The notes below the pieces were generated by a model, which saw only the letters and a list, made by a program, of their open reading frames with translations, was not told the DNA's origin and ran no database searches. Made by a program: the position numbers and the translations under genes. This document shows, in pieces, positions 36,328 to 46,374 of a DNA stretch of 64,000 bases (positions within the stretch are counted from its first letter, which is position 1; each line of letters opens with the position of its first letter). The stretch covers positions 123,144 to 187,143 of the forward strand of contig JAPOZT010000015.1 in NCBI GenBank assembly GCA_026705925.1. Reading direction: 5' to 3'. The stretch comes from Gemmatimonadota bacterium (GTDB taxonomy: Bacteria > JAAXHH01).

Positions 36328-37305
36328 TTATTTTGGCGACTGACGCACGGTCCCGCACGATCCCATGCGGCTCCGAGCCTGCTCGACGAACCAGTGATGA
36401 TCGGCGCGAATCAGGGATTCGTCCCGTTCTTCCGTGGCGAGAAAGTCGAGTTTATTTGCCATGCGAAACGCCGTATAGACATCCCACCAGGGAAGGCATC
36501 CGGAGTCTACGGGATTCAGGGACTCGTAGTGGCGAGTGAAGGTATCCATGATTTCGGCGCCGTAGAGCATCAGGATCTCGAACCGCGCATTCGATACGTC
36601 GAAGAGCGGGTCCCCCCGCCGGGTGTCCTCCCAGTCGATGACCGCCGTGAGATGTCCATCCTTCCAGAGGGTATTCCCCGGCCAGTAGTCGCCGTGCAGG
36701 ACGACCGGCGTATTGTTGCGGGGGAGTGGCCAGCACGGCGCGAGCATTTCGATCAGTTCACGTTCGCCCGCGCAAACACCGGGCGTTTCCTCCGTCCTTC
36801 CGATTGCCGAAGCGCAGTCATCCTCCACCTGTAGCAGAAAGGAAAGATCCAGACCGGCCGTATCCATTCGGTGGATCCTGGCCAGTTCGCGGGCCATCTG
36901 CGTCACGTATTCCGCCGGGTCTGCGGGCTTCAGGTCAGTCTTGCCTTCCGCATATTCCAGCACCAGGGAGGGCGTGGGAAAAAGGGGATCCGTCGTGTCG
37001 AGGTAAACCGGCGCGGGCGTAGCCAGCCCTGCTGCGTGGGTCAGTTGCAGCACTTGGAACTCGTCCGCGGCCACGTTCGGGTTCTGCTGGAGATCCACGT
37101 GCCCGTGCAGCCGGTGAATGAGCTTTCTCACCGTACCGTCACCGGCTACGAGTTCCAGGACGGTCACATCGGCCGAGTAGCCGCCGGGTAGACTGCGGTG
37201 GCTCTTCAACCTGGCTTGCGGATCGAATCGATGGACGAGCTTCTCGAACCGGTTGTATTCGTCGACGGATTCCATGGACGTTTCTCTATTCCCCGGGGTA
37301 GTCAA
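36328..37305 (-). CDS. Aminoglycoside phosphotransferase/choline kinase-like family protein
   Basis: GGYSA, VLHGDYWPGNTLW Brenner motif, AVIDWED..GDP..D. Confidence 0.88.
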   Translation of the reverse strand: MTTPGNRETSMESVDEYNRFEKLVHRFDPQARLKSHRSLPGGYSADVTVLELVAGDGTVRKLIHRLHGHVDLQQNPNVAADEFQVLQLTHAAGLATPAPVYLDTTDPLFPTPSLVLEYAEGKTDLKPADPAEYVTQMARELARIHRMDTAGLDLSFLLQVEDDCASAIGRTEETPGVCAGERELIEMLAPCWPLPRNNTPVVLHGDYWPGNTLWKDGHLTAVIDWEDTRRGDPLFDVSNARFEILMLYGAEIMDTFTRHYESLNPVDSGCLPWWDVYTAFRMANKLDFLATEERDESLIRADHHWFVEQARSRMGSCGTVRQSPK

Positions 37306-38734
37306 TGGTCCACTTACCCTCGAGGTTCCCGCTGCCGCCCGACTGGCTCCAGACGGCGATCACGTTTTCCGGAGCGTGGTTTTCCGCCAGGTGGGCCAGG
37401 AACAGGGCATGCAGATCATCCAGGGTGGCTTCGTTGCCGTCGGCGATGTTCTGCTGGGCCAGGCAGTCCTTCTGCAGGTCGTAGAGCTCGGGTCGCCCGT
37501 CTGCTCCGACCGGTGCGTAGCCCCAACGGTCCGTAACGAGGAAGGGCGTCGTGGCGCGCCTCGCCAGGCCTCCTGACGGGTCCGCCAGGTGGCAGCCGCT
37601 TACCGCGTACTCGCGGTGGGTGGCCCGGCCTTCCAGCACGGCGCCGGCAAAGGAGACTCCGTCGAAGGGTTTCGGCGGGTCCACTGTGACGCCCGCCAGG
37701 TCGCAGAGACTCGGGAACAGGTCGATCGTCTGCGTAATCAGGGGAAGTTGCGCCCCGCGGGGCACGCCGCCGCCGGCCAGCATCAGCATGACGTGGCCGA
37801 TCTCCGGGTAGATGGGCCAGAACCTTCCGTCGTCCTCCTGGATGTTGGACTTGCCAGTCCGATCGTGTTCGCCGATGGACATGCCGTGGTCCGACATGAC
37901 GGTCACGATGGTATCGTCCCAAAGACCCAGGTCGTCGATCTTCTTCAGGACCTGGCCGATATGGCGGTCCACCAGTTCTGTCTCCGCGGCGTAATGGGCC
38001 CACAGGTTATGCAGTTCCTCCGGCGTGTAGGCCGATGACGGTCCGTAGTTCGGATGCAGCATGGGCGGTCCCGTGTAATCGGGGTCGTAACGCCGCACCA
38101 TGTATTCCGGCGGATCCCAGGGTTCGTGGGGATCGAAGAAGTCCACCCACAGGAAGACCGGGCCGGATTCCGCGTTTTCCTCGAGCCATCGAACGGCGGT
38201 CTGCGCGGTCTGCGCGGAGAAGACGTCGGATTCGTACCGGTAGTAGTGGTTGATCCAGCGGTGTTGGTTGACGAGCGTATGGCCCCGATAGCGCGGGTGT
38301 ACGCGGGTCTTGTCGTCCTGGACGACGCGTTCTACGGGGTCGTTGAGGTGGAGCAGCGGTTTGTCGCCCTCCTGCCCCCGGTTCTGGTACGCCGCGTCGA
38401 AGCCATCGGTGAAACGGGCCTTGAACAGGTGGGGACAGTCGCAGATCAGTTGCGTGGCGTAACCTTGTTCGCCGAGCATCCTGCCCGCATGGTTGGGCCC
38501 GCTCAGGTCGATGGGCTGCCAGCCGTAATGGGGCCAACCGGTGACCCCCGTCGCGAAATCGGTGCGATGGGGGATCGTGGGGAAACTGCCCATGTGGGCC
38601 TTTGTGATCTCCGTCGCCCGTTCCGCGGCGAAACGGTCCAGTTCGGGCGTACGCACGGGCCGTACCGCGCGGTTTCCCAGGTTGTCGTGGCGGAAGGTAT
38701 CCGTAATGAGTACGACGATGTTCTTCGGCATCAT
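37286..38734 (-). CDS. Sulfatase-like hydrolase (alkaline phosphatase superfamily), Thr in place of catalytic Cys/Ser
   Basis: NIVVLITDTFRHD, TPELDRFA, SFPTIPHRTD, DFFDPHEPWDPP, MSDHG, ELYDLQKD. Confidence 0.88.
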   Translation of the reverse strand: MMPKNIVVLITDTFRHDNLGNRAVRPVRTPELDRFAAERATEITKAHMGSFPTIPHRTDFATGVTGWPHYGWQPIDLSGPNHAGRMLGEQGYATQLICDCPHLFKARFTDGFDAAYQNRGQEGDKPLLHLNDPVERVVQDDKTRVHPRYRGHTLVNQHRWINHYYRYESDVFSAQTAQTAVRWLEENAESGPVFLWVDFFDPHEPWDPPEYMVRRYDPDYTGPPMLHPNYGPSSAYTPEELHNLWAHYAAETELVDRHIGQVLKKIDDLGLWDDTIVTVMSDHGMSIGEHDRTGKSNIQEDDGRFWPIYPEIGHVMLMLAGGGVPRGAQLPLITQTIDLFPSLCDLAGVTVDPPKPFDGVSFAGAVLEGRATHREYAVSGCHLADPSGGLARRATTPFLVTDRWGYAPVGADGRPELYDLQKDCLAQQNIADGNEATLDDLHALFLAHLAENHAPENVIAVWSQSGGSGNLEGKWTIDYPGE

Positions 38735-38769
38735 GATCCTTTCATGAATGGGGATGGCGATCTATGCGT

Positions 38770-39696
38770 TCAGCCGTCGATCTCGCATTCTTCCAGGTAA
38801 CGGTCCACCGACGCCTTCAGCGATAACTCACCGTCCATAACCCGTTCTTCGTAGGCGCGGTACCAACCCGGTATCAGGGACCGGGCCTCGCGGAACTCGG
38901 CGAGGATAAGCCTGGCGAAATCGCCGCTGTCCTCCAGGTAGCCGGATTCGTGAAAGCGCGCGATCGCCCGTTCGCGGTCGTAGTCAAGCCGGATGAGCTC
39001 CGCCTTCCACGCACCGGCCTCGAACGTCATCTGGGCGTAGGCCGCGCGGGGGTCCCGGTCGAATGGCGCGCCCACCGCGCCCACGTTGACGACCAGGGCG
39101 TCGTCCACGGTCCGGATCAGGGGTCGGTGCGTATGTCCCACCACCAGCACCTTAGGTGCCGGTGCGATTTTCTCGCGCAGCGATGCTTCGGTGTCATCGG
39201 GGAAGATCCCTTTGCGGTCTCCCAGCATGGAAGCGTGCACCATGCGGAATTCGTTCCCCGCCTCATCGGTCATGGACCACTGAAAGGGCAGTGCTTCCAG
39301 GCGTTCGACCAGGCTGTCCGTGCGGTTCGGTCCGGTCTCGCTTACCGGGCGGTCCGTCCTCGCCGGCCCAGTCTGACCCGCCTGTCCAGTCTGCCCGGCC
39401 AACTGATCGTACGTCCACTTCGCATGCCGGATGATCTCGAATTCGGGACCGCGGTCGGGCAGGTTTCCGCTTCCGTACTTCAGCACGTACCGCTCGTGGT
39501 TCCCGTAAATCATGCCCCAGTCTTCCGCCATGGCACGGCTCACAACGCGTTCGGTGCACTCGCGGGGTTTGGGTCCCCGGTTGATGATGTCGCCCGCGCA
39601 GAGGATCCCGTCGGGACGCCAGCGGTCGATATGGTCCAGGACGGTTTCCAGTGCGTCCAGGTTGCTGTGCACGTCGGCGAAAACGGCGATCTTCAT
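38770..39696 (-). CDS. Metallophosphoesterase (calcineurin-like)
   Basis: DVHSN, GDIINRGP, GNHE, VHAS, GHTH, NVGAVG. Confidence 0.92.
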   Translation of the reverse strand: MKIAVFADVHSNLDALETVLDHIDRWRPDGILCAGDIINRGPKPRECTERVVSRAMAEDWGMIYGNHERYVLKYGSGNLPDRGPEFEIIRHAKWTYDQLAGQTGQAGQTGPARTDRPVSETGPNRTDSLVERLEALPFQWSMTDEAGNEFRMVHASMLGDRKGIFPDDTEASLREKIAPAPKVLVVGHTHRPLIRTVDDALVVNVGAVGAPFDRDPRAAYAQMTFEAGAWKAELIRLDYDRERAIARFHESGYLEDSGDFARLILAEFREARSLIPGWYRAYEERVMDGELSLKASVDRYLEECEIDG

Positions 39697-39701
39697 GGTG
39701 A

Positions 39702-41975
39702 TCAGGGCTGTCCGGGCCGACCGGATCGACAGGATCGACCGGACCGATCAGGCCAAGGCCGACCTGTGGGTTCGTCGGCCAGGAACCGGCGCAGCACGTT
39801 GGACACGATCCTGGAAATGTCGTTGTCGGCATCCTTGTGCAGCAGGCTGCCGCAGAAGGTGATGGATCCCGTCGAAAAAAGCTGGCTGCCGGAGTCCGAC
39901 TGCTGATACACCATATCCGCCCGGATCAGTTTGTCGGGCGGTTCCCCGGACCAGGTCGTGATGTGGGTGAGCAGCTCTTCGGGTACGGGTATGAAGGATT
40001 CGTGGTGGTTTTCGGAACTCGCGATGACGCGGGTGTTTTCGGGGGTGCCCAGCCGGTAGTCGGCCCGGTCTAGTTCGAACCCGGCGGCGCCGTTTCCGCT
40101 GAACCCGTAATCGCCCACGGTCTCGCCCTCCACCCCCTCGAAGATCCACGCGGTCTCCGGGTTGACGCGGGCGTCCGGGTCGATGCGATAGTACGATCCA
40201 TGGAAATTGCCCTGGGCCGAAAACCCCACGCCGGCGAGCTGCTGCGGGGGGCGGTTGTTCCGGCGCCAGAGTCCGCCGTAACCGCCGTCAAAGGCCTGGA
40301 AATACTCGCCCGGTTCGGCCGCCCAGGCCCGTATGCCGCCTTCATTCCGACGGATTTCGAGGGTCCCGTTGCCCTCCGGGTGGACGGCGATGCGCCAGTA
40401 GAACCCGTTTCCCCCCAGGTACATGAAGTGGCCGCCCTGTTCCCGGAACTGCCGCAGGGCGTCGAGCGTGCGCGGCGTATGGTATTCCGGATGGGAACCC
40501 GTGGTTACGGCGCGGTAGCCTTTGATGGCCTCGATACCGTCATCGTGCAGTTCCTGGTCGGTGATGATGTCGAAGAGGATGCCCTTTTTCTCAAGCCACG
40601 CGTACAGGTGGGTGTCTGCCTGCAGATGCCTCAGCCCCGAGCAGTCGCCTTCCGTGGCGCCGAAGGTGATGTAGCCCGGGCGGAGCGAGAACAGGGGGCG
40701 CCTGTGGTTGGCGTGGCAGATGCCGCTGCCGTCTCCGTGAAAGTTGTAGGTGGAGAGCCCGTATTCCGGGTGAACGGCGGGATTCCAGGGATAGGCGTTC
40801 CATTCGCCGATCCGCTCAAGCCAGGAAGGATGGAAATTAGGACGGGCGTGATTTCCGTAGACGGTATAGGTGAAGGTGGACGCAAGGACGCAGAGATCCG
40901 CCTTAGGCCTGCCCCGCGGCGCGCAGACGTAGAACGGAATCATGTCCTCGTGTTCGCCGCACCGGATGCGGGCCGCGTAGAGTCCCGATCGCATGCCGTC
41001 CGGGATCGTGAAGGTGAAATCGGTCTCCCAGCCGAAGTCGTAGATGTCGTCGTCGTGGAAGTGGATGGCGCCGTACTGTTCCGGTGCGTGCTTCCAGGAC
41101 ATTTCCTCGCCGGTCCAGCGGGAACCGGTCATGGCACGGGCCGGCATGTTGATCAGGTGGCCGTGCATTCCATGCGGTCCAACATCCACGATTCGGGTCG
41201 AACTCGTGTCACGGGCAAAGTCCCACAGCGCCCATGCGCCTGGATGGTTACTGACGTCGTATTCCAGGTGGTCGGTTTCTTCCACCGGGATGTCGACGAG
41301 GGAAGGCGCTTCGATCTTTCCATTGAAGTGGCCGTGAACGGGATCGCCGTCCTGTCCACCGATGATGATCCGGTCCAGGTCGCCCAGGGGAACGGGGCCG
41401 ACGGCCTCAACCGTGATATTGGACGGTCCGGGAGGTGCGTGGACTGCCCGGAATCCCACACTCACCGTCCCGCTTCCGGCATCGTAGCTCGCCCACACCC
41501 GGTACCATTGCCGGGTCTTGATCGGCTCGCTTCGACAGGTAACACGGGTCACCTGGTTCGTCGATGAACGGACGAAGGCGGTCAAGGCGCCGCGATCCAG
41601 GCAGAGGCTGAGGACCGGCTTCTTCTCGCTGTCGCCGCAACTGACGATGCCCTGCCCCGCCTTCTCGGGGGTCGTGGGCCATATCGTGGAGGTGAGGGTG
41701 AGGCCGCCGGCCGGGCGGAAGCGACCGTCAAGAGGGATGACGGCGTGTGAGCCCGGGTGAAACGGCTGAGACCTGGAGGGGAATTCCCCTCCGAAAGGCA
41801 GGCCGGCTTCCTCCAGCTGAAGCCCAGGACCGGCGGGATTGGGATCGGCACATATCACCCGAACGAGGCTGGCCCGATAGGGTTCCACGGCCGCGCTGCT
41901 GACCTTGAAGGCGATCTCGTCGTCGGGCCGGCCGGACAACCGGTCGGCGTAACCCAGCAGGGGAATGTCGGACAT
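39702..41975 (-). CDS. N,N-dimethylformamidase large-subunit family protein
   Basis: EQYGAIHFHDDDIYDFGW, TYTVYGNH, GLSTYNFHGDGSG, HPEYHT, MYLGGNGFYWR, GAAGFELDR, STGSITFCGSL. Confidence 0.9.
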   Translation of the reverse strand: MSDIPLLGYADRLSGRPDDEIAFKVSSAAVEPYRASLVRVICADPNPAGPGLQLEEAGLPFGGEFPSRSQPFHPGSHAVIPLDGRFRPAGGLTLTSTIWPTTPEKAGQGIVSCGDSEKKPVLSLCLDRGALTAFVRSSTNQVTRVTCRSEPIKTRQWYRVWASYDAGSGTVSVGFRAVHAPPGPSNITVEAVGPVPLGDLDRIIIGGQDGDPVHGHFNGKIEAPSLVDIPVEETDHLEYDVSNHPGAWALWDFARDTSSTRIVDVGPHGMHGHLINMPARAMTGSRWTGEEMSWKHAPEQYGAIHFHDDDIYDFGWETDFTFTIPDGMRSGLYAARIRCGEHEDMIPFYVCAPRGRPKADLCVLASTFTYTVYGNHARPNFHPSWLERIGEWNAYPWNPAVHPEYGLSTYNFHGDGSGICHANHRRPLFSLRPGYITFGATEGDCSGLRHLQADTHLYAWLEKKGILFDIITDQELHDDGIEAIKGYRAVTTGSHPEYHTPRTLDALRQFREQGGHFMYLGGNGFYWRIAVHPEGNGTLEIRRNEGGIRAWAAEPGEYFQAFDGGYGGLWRRNNRPPQQLAGVGFSAQGNFHGSYYRIDPDARVNPETAWIFEGVEGETVGDYGFSGNGAAGFELDRADYRLGTPENTRVIASSENHHESFIPVPEELLTHITTWSGEPPDKLIRADMVYQQSDSGSQLFSTGSITFCGSLLHKDADNDISRIVSNVLRRFLADEPTGRPWPDRSGRSCRSGRPGQP

Positions 41976-42787
41976 CAGTTACCCGGGAGCAGTTCGTCGC
42001 CTTCTCGCCGTTCGCGGTACCCGCAGACCATGAGGCCCGGCCGTCCGAAACTCTGACCGTACTCCTGCCGGTTGTCCGGATTCCGGTAACCCATGCGCAC
42101 GAGCCTGCGGGGCTTTTTCGTCTGGTTGATGTAGGAACCGTGCACCGTGTCGATGCAGAAGATGACCACGTCGCCGGCCCGGGCCGGTACGGCCACGGTG
42201 TCTTCCAGCCTGTACTCGTCGGTCGGCAGATGGGGCGCGCAGGGACCTTCTTCCGATTCCGTGATATGCTGCAGATGACCGGACTTGTGCGATCCCGCCA
42301 GGAAGCGGATTTCGCCGTTTTCGTGACGGGTGTCGTCCAGGTGGACGAGTACGTCGATGTACCGGCCGTCGTGATGGCCGTAGAAGGGGTTGTCCTGGTG
42401 CAGGGGAAAGGGATGTCCGGTCTGGGGCGGCTTGATGTGCAGCGTGGTGTGGTGCAGCTCCACGTTCGGCCCCAGCAACTGGGACAGGGCCTCGACCAGC
42501 CGAGGATTGGCGACAGCCCGCGACCAGGCCTGGGAATAGAAGTGCAGGTCGTGCATGGCCGTCAGTTTGGATTTGGCCTCCGTCTCCGGATCCATGTAGG
42601 CCAGGCGCCAGGGACCGTTCCATCCCGGGCTCGTGAACGCCCAGTCCTCGACGAGCCGGTCCATCTGATCCGACAGTTCTGCCGTCTCTTCCGGTGTGAA
42701 TACCTCCGGGATGTGGAGAAACCCATTTTTATGATAGAACGAAATCTGCTCGTCGCTCAGCACGGTTTGTTCCATGACCATGGTCAT
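41975..42787 (-). CDS. Phytanoyl-CoA dioxygenase (PhyH) family Fe(II)/2-oxoglutarate dioxygenase
   Basis: LSDEQISFYHKNGFL, HIKPP, LHQD (HxD), GSHK, VHGS. Confidence 0.9.
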   Translation of the reverse strand: MTMVMEQTVLSDEQISFYHKNGFLHIPEVFTPEETAELSDQMDRLVEDWAFTSPGWNGPWRLAYMDPETEAKSKLTAMHDLHFYSQAWSRAVANPRLVEALSQLLGPNVELHHTTLHIKPPQTGHPFPLHQDNPFYGHHDGRYIDVLVHLDDTRHENGEIRFLAGSHKSGHLQHITESEEGPCAPHLPTDEYRLEDTVAVPARAGDVVIFCIDTVHGSYINQTKKPRRLVRMGYRNPDNRQEYGQSFGRPGLMVCGYRERREGDELLPGN

Positions 42788-42882
42788 GTCGGATGCTCCT
42801 TGTTCGATGGTCGCGTGCGGGGAGTTGAGGCCATCTCAATGTAGTCATTTCGATCCCGGCAGGCAATGCTATTTGAAGCGAT

Positions 42883-45273
42883 CTACCTGTAACCCAGAGC
42901 ATCAATCGGATTCGCCAGCGCGGATTTGACCGACTGGTACGCAACAGTAAGTAAAGCGATTATTAGTCCGGAGAGTCCGGTATAGAGAAACACGTGGAAA
43001 TCAAGGCTGATCCGGAACGCAAAATCCCCCAACCATCGGTTCATGGCGTAATAGGCAACGGGCCAAGCCAGGCCGTTGGCCATGAGTACCAGTATGGCGG
43101 GCTCTTTCAGCATCATAAACACGATCTGAAACACTGAAGCACCGAGTGCTTTGCGAACGGCGGTCTCGTGCGTTCGCCGCTCAGCCAGTAGCGAAGCAAG
43201 TCCGAGTAGACCCAGACAGGCGATCAAAACCGTTACGGTCGTATAGATGGCCAAGAGTCTCCCAAGACGGTTTTCGGCCTCGTACAACCGGTCGAAATCA
43301 TCTGTCATGAATGAATAAGCCAGCGGAAAACCCGGATAGATCGTCCTCCACACGTTTTCTACCGCGCCTACGACTTCGGTTACGTTTTGCGAGTCGAACC
43401 GGATCGTGATATGTCCCAACTTCGTACCCGGCACGAGCATCAACGGTTCAATTTCATGATGCAGAGAACGCAGGTGAAAGTCCTCGACGACGCCAATAAC
43501 CGTCAAAACAAGGTTCTCACCTAAGACCAGTTGTTTGTCCAAGGCCGATGAAGGAGCGTCCCAGCCGAGTCGTTGACGTGTCGTCTCGTTGATGATAACA
43601 GGCTGATCCCAATCCGTGTCGAAAGTAGACTCGTTCGAGTAACTCCGCCCGGCAATCAACTCGATTCCAAGCGTTTCGACAAAGCCGGGTTCAACCTGGA
43701 GCAGTCCAATGTCTACCTGGTCGTACACCGTGCCATCTCGGGGCCGTACCGCCCTGGTATTTAGTATGCCCCGGCCTCCCGAAATACCCGGTACGAAACG
43801 CGACTCCGTCACGCCGAGGACGGACGGATTCTCCAATAGTGTCCTCTTGAACACCGGATACCGCTCCCGCACACCGCCAATGCTCGCGTTGATCACCATT
43901 AGTTGATCTTGGTCAAATCCCAGGTGTTTTTGTCGGAAATAGTCGGATTGCCTGGACGTAATCACCGTGCAGATTAGTAAAACCAGGGATATGGCGAACT
44001 GTATGACGATCAGCGATCGCCTCAACATCGGTTTTTTAGTATTTCCTTTTCCAGTACCCCGAAGTGCGTTCGCCGGTTTTAAACCCGCAAGGAAGAAAAA
44101 GGCGTAGAAACCGGACACCGCACTCACTAAAAACACCGCGGCCAATATGAACAATCCTGAAGTACGGATATCCGAGACGATGCTTAAATCCATTCCGAAC
44201 AGTTCACCCATCGGAAGGATCAGGACCAGTTGAATCACACATAGAACCAAAGCCGCCCCGATCAACACCATGGTTTCGCTCAAGAATTGAAGAACAATGT
44301 GATAACTCCGGGCACCTAGTGCCCTTCTCAATCCAATCTCCGCGACCCTGTCTGCCGAACGCGCGGTTACTAGGTTTAAAAAACTGAAACAACCTATGAT
44401 GAAAACGAAGAGTGCGCCTGTTAGAAGCAAGTAGACATAGGCCGCATCGGTGTTGTTGCCCAACTCGGCATCTAAGTTTGAATTTAGGTGGATATCTACG
44501 AGGGGTTGCAGGTAGAACGGTTCATAGGTGCCGCTTTGTGACACCAGGTTGGGTTCTATGTTGCGCTTGACCAGATCCAGAAGGCCTTTTTCGACCATTT
44601 CGGGAGATGCTCCGTGCGCCAGCAGGATATACGTGAAGTAACGGGCATCCGTCCAGCGTTCGAGTACCGTTTCGTAATAGATCTTGGTTCTTGTCACGAT
44701 CGAAATGAAGAAGTGGGCGTTAAAGTGTGCGTCTGAAGGCAGGTCCTCAATCACTCCCTTCACCGTCAGATCGAACATGTAGTCGGCCTTGATGACCTTG
44801 CCGAGGGGGTTTTCCCGGCCAAAGTATTTTTCCGCGGTTGTCCTGCTGATTACGACGGAGTAGGGATCGTCCAACGCGGTTTCCGGGTCGCCTGCAATAA
44901 AGGAAAAGGTAAAGACATCGAACATCCCGGCATCCGCCCAGTACACCAGGTCTTCGTAGAAAACTTGATCTTCGTACGCCATCACCCACGATCCGGCAGG
45001 TGGCAGGAATCGCGTGAATCCAACGACATCGGGTATCTCTCTGTACATGGTTGGTCCCATAGCTGCCGGATGCTGCCCCTTGTTCCCCTGTACGACACGG
45101 TAAATCCGATCAGCGTTCTCATGGAACCGGTCGTAATTCAGCTCATACCGCACATAGGACAGCATAACCACACAGCACGCCAACCCTCCAGCAAGACCGA
45201 AGATGTTTATCAGCGCATAGCCTTTGTGCCGGACCAAGTGCCTGAAGGCGAGGATCAAACTGTTGCTCACCAT
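42883..45273 (-). CDS. ABC transporter permease (MacB/FtsX-like, duplicated)
   Basis: INIFGLAGG, YDRFHENADRIYRV, LQPLVDIHL, EIGLRRALGA, DFHLRSLH, ETAVRKALGAS, ANPIDAL. Confidence 0.92.
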   Translation of the reverse strand: MVSNSLILAFRHLVRHKGYALINIFGLAGGLACCVVMLSYVRYELNYDRFHENADRIYRVVQGNKGQHPAAMGPTMYREIPDVVGFTRFLPPAGSWVMAYEDQVFYEDLVYWADAGMFDVFTFSFIAGDPETALDDPYSVVISRTTAEKYFGRENPLGKVIKADYMFDLTVKGVIEDLPSDAHFNAHFFISIVTRTKIYYETVLERWTDARYFTYILLAHGASPEMVEKGLLDLVKRNIEPNLVSQSGTYEPFYLQPLVDIHLNSNLDAELGNNTDAAYVYLLLTGALFVFIIGCFSFLNLVTARSADRVAEIGLRRALGARSYHIVLQFLSETMVLIGAALVLCVIQLVLILPMGELFGMDLSIVSDIRTSGLFILAAVFLVSAVSGFYAFFFLAGLKPANALRGTGKGNTKKPMLRRSLIVIQFAISLVLLICTVITSRQSDYFRQKHLGFDQDQLMVINASIGGVRERYPVFKRTLLENPSVLGVTESRFVPGISGGRGILNTRAVRPRDGTVYDQVDIGLLQVEPGFVETLGIELIAGRSYSNESTFDTDWDQPVIINETTRQRLGWDAPSSALDKQLVLGENLVLTVIGVVEDFHLRSLHHEIEPLMLVPGTKLGHITIRFDSQNVTEVVGAVENVWRTIYPGFPLAYSFMTDDFDRLYEAENRLGRLLAIYTTVTVLIACLGLLGLASLLAERRTHETAVRKALGASVFQIVFMMLKEPAILVLMANGLAWPVAYYAMNRWLGDFAFRISLDFHVFLYTGLSGLIIALLTVAYQSVKSALANPIDALGYR

Positions 45274-45357
45274 TGTATCCTCCCATCGGTCCAGTCAGTC
45301 GGGTCAACTCGGTCGATCTAGGCGTCCAGTAACAGTACTTACCCTGTCGTTCTTCTA

Positions 45358-46341
45358 CTATACTAGTCGGTACACATCAGATAAAAGTTCGTAGGACCGC
45401 AGCCGGGCTTTGAAATCGTGGGTGATGGTTACGGCCATGACCTCTTCGGCTCCGAACTGGCCGGCAAGCCGGTCGATGGTGTCCCGGACCTGGTCCGGAC
45501 TGCCCACGGCCGCCAGGCGAAACTTGTCGTCCAGAAAGGCTTTCTCGGCTTCGCTGAACCGGTGTTTTTCCGCTTCCTCCACGGTAGGTACGACGTTGCT
45601 GGGCTTGCCCGAGGCGAAGCGGGCGAAGAGCAGGTCTCGGCTGAGTGCGAGGCGTTGGGCCTCCGCCTCGGTATCGGCGCAGATGACGTTGATGGCGATG
45701 CAGGCCTCGGGCTGCGGCGACTGGCCGGAGGGCTCGAAATAGTGCCGATAGTATTCGAGGATGCGCGGGTCGATGTTGCTGTTGATGAACAGGGCGAAAT
45801 TGTAGGGCAGTCCCAACCGGGCGGCGAGCATGGCGCTTTCCGGACTGGACCCGAGCATCCAGACGGGAGGCGGAGACTGGATGGGCGGCGTGACCCGCGG
45901 CTCGAAGTCCCTGTTCTGCAGGATCTCCACCAGCTGGGCGACGAGTTCGGGGAACTGCTCGAACCGGGGACCCGCGCCCGGCGACAGCATCCGGGCCGTC
46001 TTCATGTCGCCGCCGGGCGCCCGTCCGACCCCCAGGTCGACCCGGTCCGGGTAGAGATTCGTGAGCACGGCGAAACTCTCGGCGACTTTGAAGGGGCTGT
46101 AATAGGGCAGCATGACGCCCCCGGAACCGATCCGCATGTCCTTCGTGGCGGCCCCGATGGCGGCGAGCAGCACTTCGGGCGAACTGCCGGCCAGGCAGTG
46201 GGCGTTGTGGTGCTCGGACACCCAGAAGCGCCGGTAGCCCAGTCGTTCGGCCTCCCTGGCCATGGTCAGGGTTTCCTGGAAGGCCTGAACAGCCGTTACG
46301 CCTTCACGTATGGGTGACTGGTCGAGTATGGACAGATTCAT
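45358..46341 (-). CDS. LLM-class flavin-dependent oxidoreductase (luciferase-like monooxygenase)
   Basis: LSILDQSPI, RFWVSEHHN, IGSGGVMLPYYSP, DLGVGRAPG, WMLGSS. Confidence 0.93.
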   Translation of the reverse strand: MNLSILDQSPIREGVTAVQAFQETLTMAREAERLGYRRFWVSEHHNAHCLAGSSPEVLLAAIGAATKDMRIGSGGVMLPYYSPFKVAESFAVLTNLYPDRVDLGVGRAPGGDMKTARMLSPGAGPRFEQFPELVAQLVEILQNRDFEPRVTPPIQSPPPVWMLGSSPESAMLAARLGLPYNFALFINSNIDPRILEYYRHYFEPSGQSPQPEACIAINVICADTEAEAQRLALSRDLLFARFASGKPSNVVPTVEEAEKHRFSEAEKAFLDDKFRLAAVGSPDQVRDTIDRLAGQFGAEEVMAVTITHDFKARLRSYELLSDVYRLV

Positions 46342-46374
46342 AATAGATTGGCTGCTCCTTTTCGAGTCGCTTCT

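Noticed and set aside
35892..36330. Genomic island or prophage at the tRNA-Pro pair
   Set aside because: No integrase, no duplicated tRNA 3' end and no clear compositional shift in the flanks
36328..37305. Aminoglycoside resistance gene
   Set aside because: Only the generic APH/choline-kinase fold motifs; context is metabolic, with no mobile element
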